A stretch of 64,000 bases of DNA. It comes from Podarcis erhardii. Lineage: Eukaryota. Made by a program: the position numbers and the translations under genes. This document shows, piece by piece, positions 28,600 through 41,679 of this stretch. Below the pieces are notes generated by a model. It made no database searches. It was not told where the DNA came from and was given only the letters and a program-made list of their open reading frames with translations. Location of the stretch: NCBI GenBank assembly GCA_964252035.1, contig OZ176200.1, one strand, 5' to 3'. Each line of letters begins with the position of its first letter. Position 1 is the stretch's first letter.

Positions 28600-28943
28600 A
28601 AGTAAAGGTAAAGGGGCCCCTGACCATTAGGTCCAGTTACGGACGACTCTGGGGTTGCGGCGCTCAACTTGCTTTATTGGCCGAGGGAGCCGGCGTACAT
28701 GTGGCCAGCATGACTAAGCCACTTCTGGCGAACCAGAGCAGCGCACGGAAATGCCGTTTACCTTCCCGCCAGAGCGGTACCTATTTATCTACTTGCACTT
28801 TGACGTGCTTTCAAACTGCTAGGTTGGCAGGAGCAGGGACCGAGCAACGGGAGCTCACCCCATTGCAAGGATTTGAACCGCCAACCTTCTGATCGGCAAG
28901 TCCTAGGCTCTGTGGTTTAACCCACAGCGCCACCTGCGTCCCA
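28600..28943 (+). mobile_element. Sauria/Squam1-type SINE
   Basis: Full body; 11-bp TSD TTCCAGTGCTA at 28589-28599 and 28944-28954. Confidence 0.9.
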
Positions 28944-29410
28944 TTCCAGTGCTACAAGGGAGAAAAACGTTTCTGTATCTGCTTTCTCCATGCCACACAT
29001 AATTATATACAGTTCTGGATGGCCATTGCAAACACCTTGGGTGGCCATCAGTCATGGATGCTTCAGTTGAGATTCCTGCATTGCAGGGGGTTGGACCAGA
29101 TGATGCTTGAAGTATTTTCCAACTCTACAATTCTATGATTCTATCATGTTTCCTCTTACTCTTTTCTCTAAACTGAAAAGGCCAAAATGCTGTAACCATT
29201 ACACATTGGCTTTTCGGACGGTAATAATTATATCTTGATAGAACAACACTTTCTCTAGATAGATCACTAAAATATATCCAGAGGCAGAAACATGAACGGC
29301 AGCTAGCATGTCACCACTTTGGTCGGGGACAGCAGCCCTGCCAAAAGGAGCAGGTGGGTTTGTCCCCTTGCATGTGACTCAAGAACATTTTTGCTTACTT
29401 GTAAGTTGCT

Positions 29411-29761
29411 TGCGGGTGGCACTGTGGGTTAAACCACAGAGCCTAGGACTTGCCGATCAGAAGGTTGGCGGTTCGAATCCCTGCGACGGGGTGAGCTCCC
29501 ATTGCTCAGTCCCTGCTCCTGCCAACCTAGCAGTTCGAAAGCACGTCAAAGTGCAAGTAGATAAATAGGTACCGCTCTGGCGGAAAGGTAAACGGTGTTT
29601 CCGTGCACTGCTCTGGTTCACCAGAAGCGGCTTAGTCATGCTGGCCACATGACTCGGAAGCTGTACGATGGCTCCCTCGGCCAATAAAGTGAGATCAGCG
29701 CCACAACCCCAGAGTTGGTCACAACTGGACCAAACGGTCAGGGGTCCCTTTACCTTTACCT
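29411..29761 (-). mobile_element. Sauria/Squam1-type SINE
   Basis: Reverse complement of the 28600 copy; TSD TAAGTTGCTTGC at 29402 and 29762. Confidence 0.9.
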
Positions 29762-29833
29762 TAAGTTGCTTGCAGGTGCAGCGTTGGGTCAGCTGGTAAG
29801 ATAACGGGGGCAAGGGAGAATTAGAATGTAACT

Positions 29834-30051
29834 TTGTTTTTTAGTCATTTAGTTGTGTCCAACTCTTTGTGACCCCATGAACCAGAGCACGCCAGGCACT
29901 CCTGTCTTCCACTGCCTCCCGCAGTTTAGTCAAACTCATGTTGGTAGCTTCGAGAACACTATCCAACCATCTCATCCTCTGCCATCCCCTTCTCCTTGTG
30001 GCCTCCATCTTTCCCAACATCAGGGTCTTTCCCAGGGAGTCTTCTCTTCTC
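29834..30051 (-). mobile_element. BovB (RTE-clade) LINE 3' end
   Basis: Encodes REDSLGKTLMLGKME..RRRG.QRMRWLD...LREAVEDR.AWRALVHGVTKS.TQLND, the BovB C-terminus; TSD AGAATGTAACT at 29823 and 30052. Confidence 0.9.
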
Positions 30052-32164
30052 AGAATGTAACTAGGGGAAATATAATGTGAGAAGCAGGGAATGGGCTGAC
30101 CCATGTCTTATACAATTGATGTTTTACCTGTGCTGTATAATGAGTTAAATACTTCATCCAGTTATTTAAGTTCCTGACTTTGATTATGCTGCACAGAGTG
30201 TCCCTTACACAGGAATTTGATTCTTGGTATTATATATTTGGTGGCAATTAGCCAGGCTGGAAACAAGGTCCTATTCTATTTGCATGGTAATGAAGCATTC
30301 GTTGAATGAAATCTAAACACTAATGAGATTTTATTCACAACACCTGATGGTTGACATTAATCAGAAAATGTGGAGAAGATGTTCATTTGTTTACATCAAT
30401 ATTCCTGTGGGTACTAGGCCAGGGAACATGTTAGTTTGTAAAGTAAACGACCAAGGGTGACGTGTCTTTGGGGCTTCAGGTCCTTTCGTACTGCAATTAA
30501 TCAGACCCAGAAAAAGAGAAATCATAAAAGGAAAGGTATTCAGCTATTACGTACTTCATACAGATAGTGTAGAATTAAAACAAAAATATTCCCCCACTCC
30601 ATGTGCATGCAATTAACGAGTGGAATTCAACATTGTGCTATTACAAACATTCTGTCTGTGCAAGCATGTCAGCTTTCCAGATGGAATGATCTCTCTTCCC
30701 TCCCACTGCACACAGTTTTGGGGGGTTCTCCCAAAAGAAACCCCAAGAACCAATTTTCAGAGGCATGAGGGAGAAAATCCCAGTTGCAAGAGCAGAAACT
30801 CTTGATCAGGGCTTCCACTTTAGGGGTTTGTTAGGTGACTCCCTTCCAATGTTTTGAAATCTTCAACACTTGGTGAATTTCATATCTGACTCTTCAGGAA
30901 GCATCTTGTTTTGCTGAGCGTGGAAAGTATTTGAGTCAATAATGTCAGATTTCCAGAACCATCATTTCATGTCTTATCTTATGCAGAAAGGAAAAGGGCA
31001 AAGAGCTTTTCATCAGATTGGGCAAAACCTAGAAGAACCCAACTTACAATGAAAGTAAAGGTACTAGCATTTTCAGAGCACCAGCTCCAACTTTTTCTGT
31101 GCCTGTGGCACTGCTGAGAATGCCTCATGACCCAGAGGTGTGCTTACTGTTGCAGCTCCAGCTCTCTGGAATCAATTTGCATTTATTGTATTTTCTTTCA
31201 CTTTTTATCTTCTTGTGCACCTCTTCAGTGGCTTCAGGCTGTGAAGTGGTTTAAACATTTGTAACATTAACTAATTAAATTAATAACAGCATGCCGTGTT
31301 CAAATAGCACTGAAGTCCCTCACATCTGTGCTCTCCACCAAAATGCCAACTCAGTGGGGACTCACCAGTGAGTTGGCAGCATAGCCAGTACTGAAGTAAA
31401 GGACTTTACCGCTGAAGTCAAAATACGGATGTTGATAGTTCATAACGTTTATTGTCTCCTCTCGCTTGTATTGAAGCAAAAGGATTTGTTCAAAATCTAG
31501 ATTGGTTAGGCTTGAAGATGCTGGCCTGCTTCAAATGTAGAGAAACCAGAGGAGGAAATAGCAGGGCAGAAAGGGCAGAACTGATGCCTTAAGGGTGCCC
31601 CCCAATAAAGATTTTATTGTACCAACTCATTTTGAAATGTATTTCTTCTTCAGGGAGACTTTAAAACACAGCTCTGTATTTTATAGTATGCTCTGTACCC
31701 ATGTGTCTCTCTGTGTGTTTTCCTCCAAGCATTTAGGGTTCCTGATCATGTGGCGAAACCCACACATATCCAGCTGAATGCACATGGCTTCCCCGGGCAT
31801 AGACTTCCACCCAATGTGCAAAGTTCCTTGAGTAGAACCAGTGGGGATGGGGAGAGCAAGTGCAGCTCCACTCACCCTCTCCTGTGAAGTGCCAAATCAG
31901 AACAAGCTAATGAATACATTTATTTTGCTCTGAGCTGCTGTTTTCAATGCTTTTGTTGTAATTGTGTTTTTATTCTTTAGTGAAGCAGTCTGATTGCTTC
32001 AGATCTGTGGTCTTGTAATTCTTACAGATGATGATGATGATAATAATAATAATAATAAAAAATTTTATTTATATCCCGCCCTCCCCAGCCGAAGCCGGGC
32101 TCAGGGCGGCTAACAATAATCAAATAATCATACAATCAAATAATCACACATTCAAGAATATTTC

Positions 32165-32924
32165 TGTCAGGGACGCAGCGGGAGCGCAGGGAGGGGAGGA
32201 GATGGAGAGCGAGGGGGAGCAATCCGAGGGCAGCGTAGGAGAAGATGACAGTAGCCCGAGAGATTCCATGAGCCTCTCCAGCGAATCAGAAGATTCACAG
32301 AAGGGGGCGCCGATGGCCAGGGCAAGGGGGGCCCCAAGGGGAACACCCCAGAAGCAAGGGGCCAGCAGGGACTCCCAGAGCAGCAGTTGGAAATCAGGAC
32401 CAGCTTCCCCACCAGAGCGTAGTGGGGGGGAGGAGTCCCAGGTATCAGGGCCAGCGTATTCACCACCAGCGAGAGAAGATGAGTCAGGGTTGACCACGCC
32501 TCCATCGGAGAGCGAGGGAACGGTCAAGAGGAAGGTTGCCGGCTGGGCGCGCGCGCCAAGTTCAAATGTACAGGCGAGCGGCACAGCAGGTAGCCCGGAT
32601 AGGGAACCAGGTCCTAAAGCCCGCCGGAAGGAGGGGCAAGAATCAGGGGGGTCAGCGTCAGAAGAGTCCAGAAAGGATGAAACCCCAGCGGGCAGGAGGG
32701 CCCAGAGGAGGAAGGAGCTAAGGAAGAGGTGGAGCAAGGCTAGGGTCTTAAACTGGTGTGGAAGGGGAGGAGATTCAGACAGAACTTCGCCGGTCTAGGC
32801 TTTAAGACGTAGAGCGGCACGCTGCGGCTTTGAAATGGAAACTGAACTTCAATAAAGACTTTTGTACATAACTACAGCCGGGCGTTGGTCCTTTGTGAGC
32901 TGGGACCTAAGGGCGGCTCTGACA
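32165..32924 (+). mobile_element. Solo LTR (760 bp)
   Basis: Termini TGTCAG...CTGACA; perfect 5-bp TSD ATTTC at 32160-64 and 32925-29; AATAAA at 32851-56; CpG-rich. Confidence 0.9.
32202..32798 (+). CDS. Hypothetical LTR-encoded 198-aa protein (acidic/Ser-Pro-rich N-terminus, Arg/Lys-rich C-terminus)
   Basis: In-frame ATG in strong context (GAGATGG) 37 nt inside the LTR, no stop for 198 codons, TAG shortly before the polyA signal; no known domain recognised. Confidence 0.4.
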   Translation: MESEGEQSEGSVGEDDSSPRDSMSLSSESEDSQKGAPMARARGAPRGTPQKQGASRDSQSSSWKSGPASPPERSGGEESQVSGPAYSPPAREDESGLTTPPSESEGTVKRKVAGWARAPSSNVQASGTAGSPDREPGPKARRKEGQESGGSASEESRKDETPAGRRAQRRKELRKRWSKARVLNWCGRGGDSDRTSPV

Positions 32925-35707
32925 ATTTCATTATAAAAATTAATTAAAATCAAATTAATGGCAACCGATTAAGCAAGATTCTGTGCAGGTTGCCAGAGGA
33001 GGGAGTCAGGCTGAGCCCCGACCAAAGGCCTGGTGGAACAACTCTGTCTTGCAGGCCCTGCGGAAAGATGTCAGGTCCCACAGGGCCCTAGTCTCTTGTG
33101 ACAGAGCGTTCCACCAGATTGGAGCCGCAGCCGAGAAGGCCCTGGCTCTAGTTGAGGCCAGCCTAACCTCTCTGAGGCCTGGGACCTTGAGGATGTTATT
33201 ATTTCCAGACCGTAGGTTTCTCTGTGGGGCATACCAGGAGAGGGGGTCCCGTAGGTACGAGGGTCCTAGGCCGTATAGGGCTTTAAAGGTTAAAACCAGC
33301 ACCTTAAACCTGATCCTGTACTCCACCGGGAGCCAGTGCAGCTGGTATAGTACTGGATGAATGTGATCTCGCAGCAAAGACCCCATAAGGAGTCTCGCCG
33401 CAGCATTCTGCACCCGCTGGAGTTTCTGGGTCAGTCTCAAGGGCAGCCCCACGTAGAGCGAGTTACAATAATCCAGTCTGGAGGTGACCGTCGCATGGAT
33501 CACAGTGGCTAGGTCAGGGCGAGAGAGATAAGGGGCCAACTGCTTAGCTTGGCGGAGATGATGATGATGAACAATCATGATGATGATGATTGTTATTATT
33601 TTATTATTTATACCCCTGGGTTACCCAGGAGGCCTAGGTGGAGTAGCCTCGGTTAGGGCTGCCTGGTGAGTTCACAGTGAGAGCTTGAATAGGAAACTTC
33701 AACTTTCATAGCTCAGACTCTTCGCCACTGCATGACACCTGCCTGGATATGCAAGTTCAAAGATACATGCGCATTTCTGACTGGTAGAGAAAATGAGACA
33801 CCTATTCCTTCTCTGATCATTGCTGAAGTTGCTGGAGGGCGTGAGCTACATTTGTTGTCTCACTAGTGGTCTGATCTGTGCTCCCTGGCATATTTGCCGA
33901 ATACACCATTGTCCTTGAGGCATGAGCCATCAGGCTGTTGCGGGAAGCATGCTAGTGACTCTGATTACTTAATCGCCTCCATTCGTCCTGTCATAGGAAG
34001 ACTATAATAACCATTCTAATGCTGAATCATATTCAAGACGTTTCAGCAAAGTGACACAAGGTTGCTGCTGCCTTATGCCGCTTAAGTATGGCAGGGTTTC
34101 TATGTATCTGGGGTATGATCCTTTGCCTTATTGGATCAGGGAGAGCACTGCCACAGGGTGCCTGGACAGCACAGGCTGACCCAGACAGCAGATGAACAGT
34201 GTAACCTGGGGCAAGGGGGGCATTTACATGACACTGTCTATCATGTCTTTCTGGAAGTTGCTAATGACCGCAGTTGCTTCTCAGGCAGTCTGAGGATGAT
34301 GCAGTCCCAGAGATATGCTACCTTTAGCCTGATTCAGAAATGACCTTGATGAGCAATAGCCATTAGAGCCTTATAGAATGATACACTGGGGCGGGGAGGG
34401 GGGAGACTAACTAAAATTCTCTTCTCTCTATTCACAATGCTTCCTGCATGGACTCTCTGACTGCTACACTATCTTTAAAGGCATCTGAAAGCAGTAACAG
34501 CCTTACAGTACAACATGGAGTTCAAAGGGCATTAATCTCAGAAAATCTTCACTTCAGACTCAATTACAATTGGAGAATGAGTACTGATTTCTTGTCTAAC
34601 AGTAGTGTGTTCCTTATTTTATATCTCTGCCTATTCTATATTGAAATTCTTTCCCCCCTATTTTTAATAATATATTCTCTCTTTCAGCATTTATTACAAA
34701 GCTGTTTCTCAACATTTAAAATTTTATAAAGGTATCCTAAAATATGCATTTTAATGCATTTTGACATATTTTTTTAAAGCTGAGAACTGTATTGCAAAAT
34801 TCAGAGAACTGTGAAATCCAGATGATGATTATGAGGATAATAATTGGGAGGTGTCAGTTAGGTCAGTGTTAACACAAGTTAACCTGCAGTCTAAAGTGGT
34901 ATAAAAGAGAGAGAAGCTTAGAGGCCAGCAGAACTGGGCACAACATTTGTCACATACTTTACTCTGCAATATTTGAATTTTTGTCAGAAGCTACTGTGTG
35001 GGTAGGAGCTGAGTTAGATGAGGACCATGGGGTGGAGCTTGCCAGGATCCTGATCATGCCCACTATTCATGATAGGGTAGTCGGTGCCAACGGAAGCTTT
35101 CTTACCATTATGAATAATGGGGTCAGCGGTTCTAGTCAGGATCCCAGTGGGCAAATGGTTTTAGCCCCCATCTCTTCAAGACGTGGTTGTGAGGTGGGAG
35201 CTGTCATCAGTCCCTACGGTTTTGCTATTTTGACCCAACTGGACATAAGCACAGGTGGGGTGGGAGAGCGACAGTGAAGTTAACAGCACACTTTCAAACA
35301 CACTACAGGTGCATAAGAGGCAAATGATGGGAGCAGGAGAGCAATTTGACACCAAGTGTTACAGAGAAGGGCAAGAGTGAAGCTAGCACAAAACTAGGAA
35401 CAGGAATAATTAAACCAAAGGAGCAAATAAAATTCTGGGAAGGGAAATGGAGACATAAGGTAGGAAAGACAAGAGAGGTCAGGGTAAAAATGCAGTAGTA
35501 AGTCTTTGTGCTGAAATTAGAGTCATAATTCAGAGAACCCCTCCAGAAATACCCTTGGACAATAAGGATTCCCAACTTCTCAAGGTCTGAGGGACCCACT
35601 AGGCAAAGCTTGAAGTAAGGTAATTGTTTTGGGCTTTCTCATTAGAGGAAACTTGACAATGGTCTTAAGTGAACTCAGACCCTCTGGGCTAACGATTCCT
35701 TTACAAA

Positions 35708-35750
35708 TCAACCAACCAACCAACCAGCCAACCAACCAACCAACCAACCC
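35708..35750. repeat. (AACC)n microsatellite
   Basis: Direct tetranucleotide run; a shorter one lies at ~7520-7540. Confidence 0.9.
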
Positions 35751-37249
35751 CTAGTATATTAGGTGAACACCAAAACAAACATCTCATCTAGTTTGGCCTT
35801 ATAGCTCTGACAAATGTTGGTGTTTTGTTTTATTTTATTGGAATCCTTGAAATTGGGGCCTGCAGTATTTTAGTCACTGTGGGTCACTTAGTTAGCTGAC
35901 TGAAGCTGTTCTGAAACTTCTAGGCTTTTATATCACAGACTTAATGTTTTCTTTTTGCTTGTAATGATTCCTTAAGCTGTTTTGTTCTTGCCACAGCACT
36001 GTTTGATTTAGTTCTTCAGAGACATTTTTAATCCATGAGCAGCGCAACCAAGGCTGCATCAAGACATACGATTTTGTATTTCCTTCCTCAAATGCATGCA
36101 GCACCACAGGGAATCTCTCAAACGAGAACTGAAGGGTTACCATTTCACTGGATTTACCAAGCAAGTTGGTCTGTGTCTTGAAACCCTGAAGTAAACATCA
36201 ATGCTTCTCTCTTTCTTTAAGAGAGATTCTGCTGCATTTTCAGAGAAGAAAAATTACTCTCCCCCACCCCAACCTAAGCTTTCTTGATAATGCCAAAACG
36301 TTGAAACTTTATGAGCTCTGTGTTCCCGATTCTATTTTTTGATAACTAAGAAACTGCAATTGTTGCAGCGAGGTTTCTGTGTGAAAGAATGCGAAGGCTT
36401 TGATTTGGGCCTGCACTTTTATCTCCAACTTTAATCAGTATACAGTGTAAGGTTTTCTCTGACATTTGTAGCAGCATTCCTGAGATTGATGTTGCCGCCC
36501 ATTATACAGGAGAACATTTGATACTAAAGGTTCCCTGAGCTCCCATCAGCTTTCTATAGTATGTCTGCTCTCTTGACATTTAATGTCCCTAAAGCCTGAT
36601 ATGGTCTGATAACTTCAGCGTTGCCGTGTGCTTTTTCGGAAGGGGCAGTGGGAAAAGAAAGAGCTGAGGTATCTCTGCTATTCCATTCAGATTGTCACTA
36701 TCTACATTCACAGTGCTTAATTCTGTCACTACTGTATTCAATTAAAACACACACCACACAAATCAAATACAAATGAAATACCGTATGCTGCTGAAAGAAA
36801 TGTGTCTGTGAGAACAGAGATTAGAGGAACACTATTTGAAGCGAAATAAATTTGGCCCCTGAAAACTCTTCTCAAAATATAGATTAGTATTTTGTTGTTT
36901 TTAATGAAATCCTGTAAGCTGGCCTGGAAATACAGTTTATTGAAGGGAAGGGCATACGTGCGTTAAACAAATAGATGAATGCATAGAAATACACGGATCT
37001 GCCTTAGTCAAAGCATTGGTCAAGCTAGCTCAGAATCATCTACAGCAGGGGTGGGGGGGGAGCTTTTCAGCTCCATGGCTCAGATCCTTATCAATAATCC
37101 TGATTTTAAAGCTCCTCCTGCTTGCCTTTTAAGCTTGGAAACTTAATCTTGGAAACTTAAAAGTGAAGTGGGCTTGCAACAGACTTTGTGAGTCTTTCCT
37201 CCCTTCCCTTTTCTTATCCAGGATCTGGTTCCAGCCTTAAAGGGGGAGG

Positions 37250-37441
37250 GTGTAGGGCTGTCATACGTATGGATTTTCCTGGACATTACTGGGATTTCAA
37301 AGGTGGAATTTACTCCTGGGGGGAATTTCCGAGAGGCGGCACTTGGTCCTAGATCTTAGGCAAGTTTTTGGCATTTTTGAATAAAAACGCTCAGCAACCT
37401 TTGGGGCGTCCTGGTTTTTATTTTTTTTAATGTGGCAACCC
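37250..37441. mobile_element. hAT-like MITE (TAGGGTTGCC-type ends)
   Basis: TAGGGCTGTCA ... TGGCAACCCTA degenerate TIRs. Confidence 0.5.
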
Positions 37442-37646
37442 TAGGAGGGAGAGACTCATTAAGGGTTTTGCAAACCACTTTCCTTTAAAGTTCACACTTG
37501 ATAGTGACTGGCCAACAGCTATTTAGAGTCTCTGGCAGGCATAGGAGCCAACTCCTAGGGGCTGGGCTTCACTTCGCCTCCCCCCCATAAAATATTTGAA
37601 GGGTTTGGGACCCTACCCCAAAGGTGATGGCTGTTGCCATTCAAAT

Positions 37647-37685
<39 letters not shown>
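37647..37685. repeat. (TG)n microsatellite inside a probable hAT MITE (~37540-37760)
   Basis: Direct dinucleotide run. Confidence 0.9.
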
Positions 37686-37686
<1 letters not shown>

Positions 37687-40600
37687 ATATCTTGTGATTG
37701 ATTATGCAGGGCAGGGCTTACCTGCCCTCCACAATATTTTATTCAAGTTGGCATTCCTGCTGGCAGGGGTGGTTTGCAGTCCTACCTAGGTTCACCAAGA
37801 ATTAAACCTGAAATACAGCCCATCCCTAATAATTTTGCAAGTATGATTCAGTCTACATACTTCAGATGTCCATTTCCTCTTCCTGTTAGTGCCCAAATCC
37901 TTTCTGTAATTTAGCCTAGTACCCCCTTGCAGTGCCCCCCCCCCCACAGGTGGATGTGTAAAACCATCTCCCTGTTTTGGTTAAACTGAACACACTGATG
38001 CATATGAGTGTCTTGTGTGCTTGTTGTGTCTTCTGTGTCTAGAATATTATTACTTACATTTGGAAACCTTTCTTCTCTCCAAAGAGCTAAAGCAGGACTA
38101 CAACAGACCTGCAAAGTAAGATAAGGCCAAAAATTAGCAAAAAACAAACAAACGTTAAGCATGCAGAATGTTTCATAACAAGTTCTCCACCGAAAGACTC
38201 AAGAGTCTTACTGCTAATTTTCTTACTGCCATTTACATTTATACACATGCACACACAAATTTAGAGAACTTGATATAAGCTTATATAACACAGTGCCCAA
38301 GTTTTCAATTCCTTGCAAATTTCCTGTGCTTCCCCCACCTGCTCCCCCTTAACTTGCCTTTACAGAAGGTGGGCTGTAATAATCATTTTGGCTGTGTCTT
38401 GAGGGTTCAGCATGAGCTCATGGGTCACCAATTTCATTTATCTAACTCATCACAAAGTGCAGTGACAGCAAAGTCACCCACTGTGCCTCCTTCTACCAGA
38501 GCAAATAACATGGAAAAGCTACATTGGTGTTTTGTTTGGGGAAAGTAGTGCCAAAGTTATGAGCCGAGAGAGACTAGTTTGGCTTATTTGGCTGCTCACT
38601 GCCTTCTTGTAGTCAGGTTTTGTTTTGTTTTTTGGTTGTAGTTTTTTAAGGACAATTGCAAAGTTTAGTTGATCAAAATTATCCTTTGGGATTGTTTAGT
38701 CCCAGGTTATGGAACAAATTATTTTCCTGACAGAGTGATGCTGATAGTTGGGATATAGTACAGAGTAGCATCATGTTATCAGGGTGATCATATTGTATAC
38801 TTCATTCAAGTGAGAGAATTGTCCTGTACTGTGAAGACAAACTAAATTGACCAAAGTAATCTATAATGCAAGGGATCTCTGGGAAAACATTTTTTAAAAA
38901 AAAAACGTTTGTCAAAATGTCTCTTTTAGTTAGGCTGTATATATACATACCTGCACATTTAAAGCACATTCTACAACAATACTGGGCACTGGAGTTTGTT
39001 AGGGTTTGCTGCTGGGAACTCTAACTCTGTGAGTTACTATAGTGCCCAGAATTCTTTGGGGAAAAGAATGTCCTTTAAAGGTATACACAGCCAGAGACTG
39101 CTGGTGCCTAAATAATATTTCCATGTGGTCTTTAAAGAGAAAAGTGAAACTTTTTGAGACTTTGGAAATGGATTGCCTCTAGATGAGTGTGTAACCGAAA
39201 ATACAAACCTTATCTACTAATTCATTTGGATACAACTGAAAATGAGGGTGGGTCATGCTTATAGGCCCCACCTCCAACCTCTATGTTGCTTATGTCAATT
39301 GTGTATACTATTTGCATAGATCCTAAGAGTGTACACGTCTGTCTAAAAGATTTGATACCCTGACAAATAGAGGGTATACGATGGCTCATACAGGATAGGA
39401 GTACACATATGTTCTGATGTTATGTTCATAGGATCCATGTGAATGCTAGATGTAGAGAATTTCTTGTCCGCTTTTCAATTAAAGCTAATTCCTAAAGGCC
39501 AGTGGCAGAGCCGTCTCAATGCATTTCTTTTGTAACCAAGTGAAAATAGAGCAACTAACATATACCCCTCATGCAGAGATTGGCCTTGTAAACATCATTA
39601 GTAAGACTTCTACCTGCTTCTGAATCATTGTTAAGGAGAGAGTTCAGAGTGAAGACACCTTCATTGACATGCTGGATAAATTAAAAAGCTTTTAGCAGAA
39701 GGCGCAGGCAAATTAATTGTATAATTGCCATGCAATGGGGTGGAGAGTTGGGATCACCACATAGCAGAAAGAAATTAACTACTGCAAATTAATTAGAATG
39801 TGGAATAATGAAAAAATGCATAACAATGCTCTAAGTGGCAAAACAAAACAAAGAACTGTTATGGAAAACGTATATTGCGTAATTGTAAACAACAAAATAA
39901 TAATAATTGTCATGGTCCCTTCACAATTCCACAATGTTCCTGGATCAATGCTTTCCAAAATATGTCAACCTCTCTTTCAACAGTAAGGCACTTCTCCCAC
40001 ACGATGGCATTCATGCTGAATCTAGCTTCAGCCCTTACATCAGTTTTTAAATAGTCCAGTGGAAGCACTAGCAATAGTGAAAAACTAGGCAGGGCCAGTT
40101 CAAGACATTTTGGCACCTGAGGCAGCCCACAAAATGGTGCCTCCTTCCCAGGAAGAAGTGGCAAATGAAGATTGACAGCAAGAACAAAGGGAAATAAAGA
40201 TCTGCATTGGGATTCGCTGCCCCTGTGGACTGGGGATCGTTCGAAAAAGAGACTAATTTAATCTTCCCTATTGTTTTGTAAGCAATTGGTATGAAAACAG
40301 CATACACAAATAAGATGCCCCTGGGAAAGAAACTTGCCAAATTTCAGAAAGACAGATGTGGAACTTTGGGTGCTTGGCACCTTTCCTGTAGTCTATAGAA
40401 CCGCATGTTGTGTACCTTCTCAAGGAAAAGATAAAGCGCAGCTGCAATTCTCTCCTCTGCTTTTAGAAGCAAAACTTCAGTTACTTTGTCCAGGCAACCT
40501 TGAGCAACTCCAGTCACTCAGGAAGTCAATAATTGACTACAACTAATGCACTTGTGTAATGAATGGTTAAAGAGACACATTTGGCTTTAATGGACCTTTT

Positions 40601-41679
40601 ACTTCTGCAGCGAAAGATTTCAAGACTGGAGATTTACCTCTGGCATCTGGTACAGCACCTGTCTCTAATGGAAAGCTACAACTCTCTCTTAAAAAGTGTT
40701 TCTTCCTCTCATGGATGCCCTTGTAGAGCTATTGGATTCACCTGTGCCTATTAAGAAGTTTGTTCCCTCAAATCTCATTAAGTATCCACTTGTGTGTCAA
40801 ACTTCCTTATGCACACCTGCCTTTCATGAAGGATAACCTTATGCTGAAAAGGAAGGTGATTTTTGTGTGTGTATGAAGTAACCTTCTGGCTGTTGAAGGT
40901 AGGTTTGTGTTCTTTAGAGGACATCAGAAAAACATACAGCCTGGCTGTAATATTTTCCCCTCACATATACTGGGTTTGTAAATTAATTATTACCAGGGCT
41001 CTCAACTATTTAAAGATTTTTTTTAGTTGATTAATCACCTGCCTTTTAACCAATTAATGATCTGATTGCATTTAAACATATTTGCATATTGCCAACACCT
41101 CAGTATAGGTGCCCTTTTGAGCTATGGAAAGAAGGGTATGGTTTGCTAAATAAACATTTCCACTCACTGGAAGCAAACTCCATCTTATAGAATCAAAGAA
41201 TTGATTGGTAAAAACCTGCAATGAAGGGTCCACTGTTAAACAGATCTTACCATCAGAAAGTTTTTCCTGGTGTTTAGTTGGAATCTTCTGTCTTCAGTAT
41301 GTTGCTTTCTTATTATCTAGTTTCAATTATTCAATAAATAACAAGAGTGTTTTTAATTAAGCACAATCAGAAGGCTGGATGTCTAGATATAATCCTTGGC
41401 TTCTCAGCTGTGTGGAAATCAATTTGAATTTTTCTTAAGTAGATCAGACAAGTGGCAAGAATAACTCGGAGAGCTAAAATAGGTATTGCACTTGCCTCAT
41501 GCCACCCAAAAAAGCCTCTCTGTGGCATGTGAACCATATCCCATATGTAAGATGGGTTCAGCTTTAAATGGGAGTTGAATCTAATTTCTCCCCCATTCTT
41601 AAGCAGATCTGGATCTTTTTGCATCTTGGACTGCACAATGGGGCTAAAAATCCTAATTTCACATATGCTCTAACAGGGG

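Larger units (their letters stand above)
32041..33555 (-). mobile_element. L2-clade LINE, 5'-truncated, interrupted by a solo LTR
   Basis: 190-aa ORF 33006-33578 (TSRLDYCNSLY, LHWLPV) homologous to the 24150 copy; 3' tail 32041-32164; 15-bp TSD AGATGATGATGATGA at 32026 and 33556. Confidence 0.9.

Noticed and set aside
28491-29813. 118-143-aa ORFs starting KVKVKGPLT (also at 53369 and 57444)
   Set aside because: Translations of Sauria SINE sequence recurring in each copy; non-coding.
32028-32201. N-terminal extension of the 256-aa ORF in the ORF track
   Set aside because: Made of the (ATG)n TSD and the antisense L2 tail; a chance read-through into the LTR frame.
33840-34330. Possible coding remnant
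   Set aside because: Only faint resemblance to a very old L2 RT; not enough to call.
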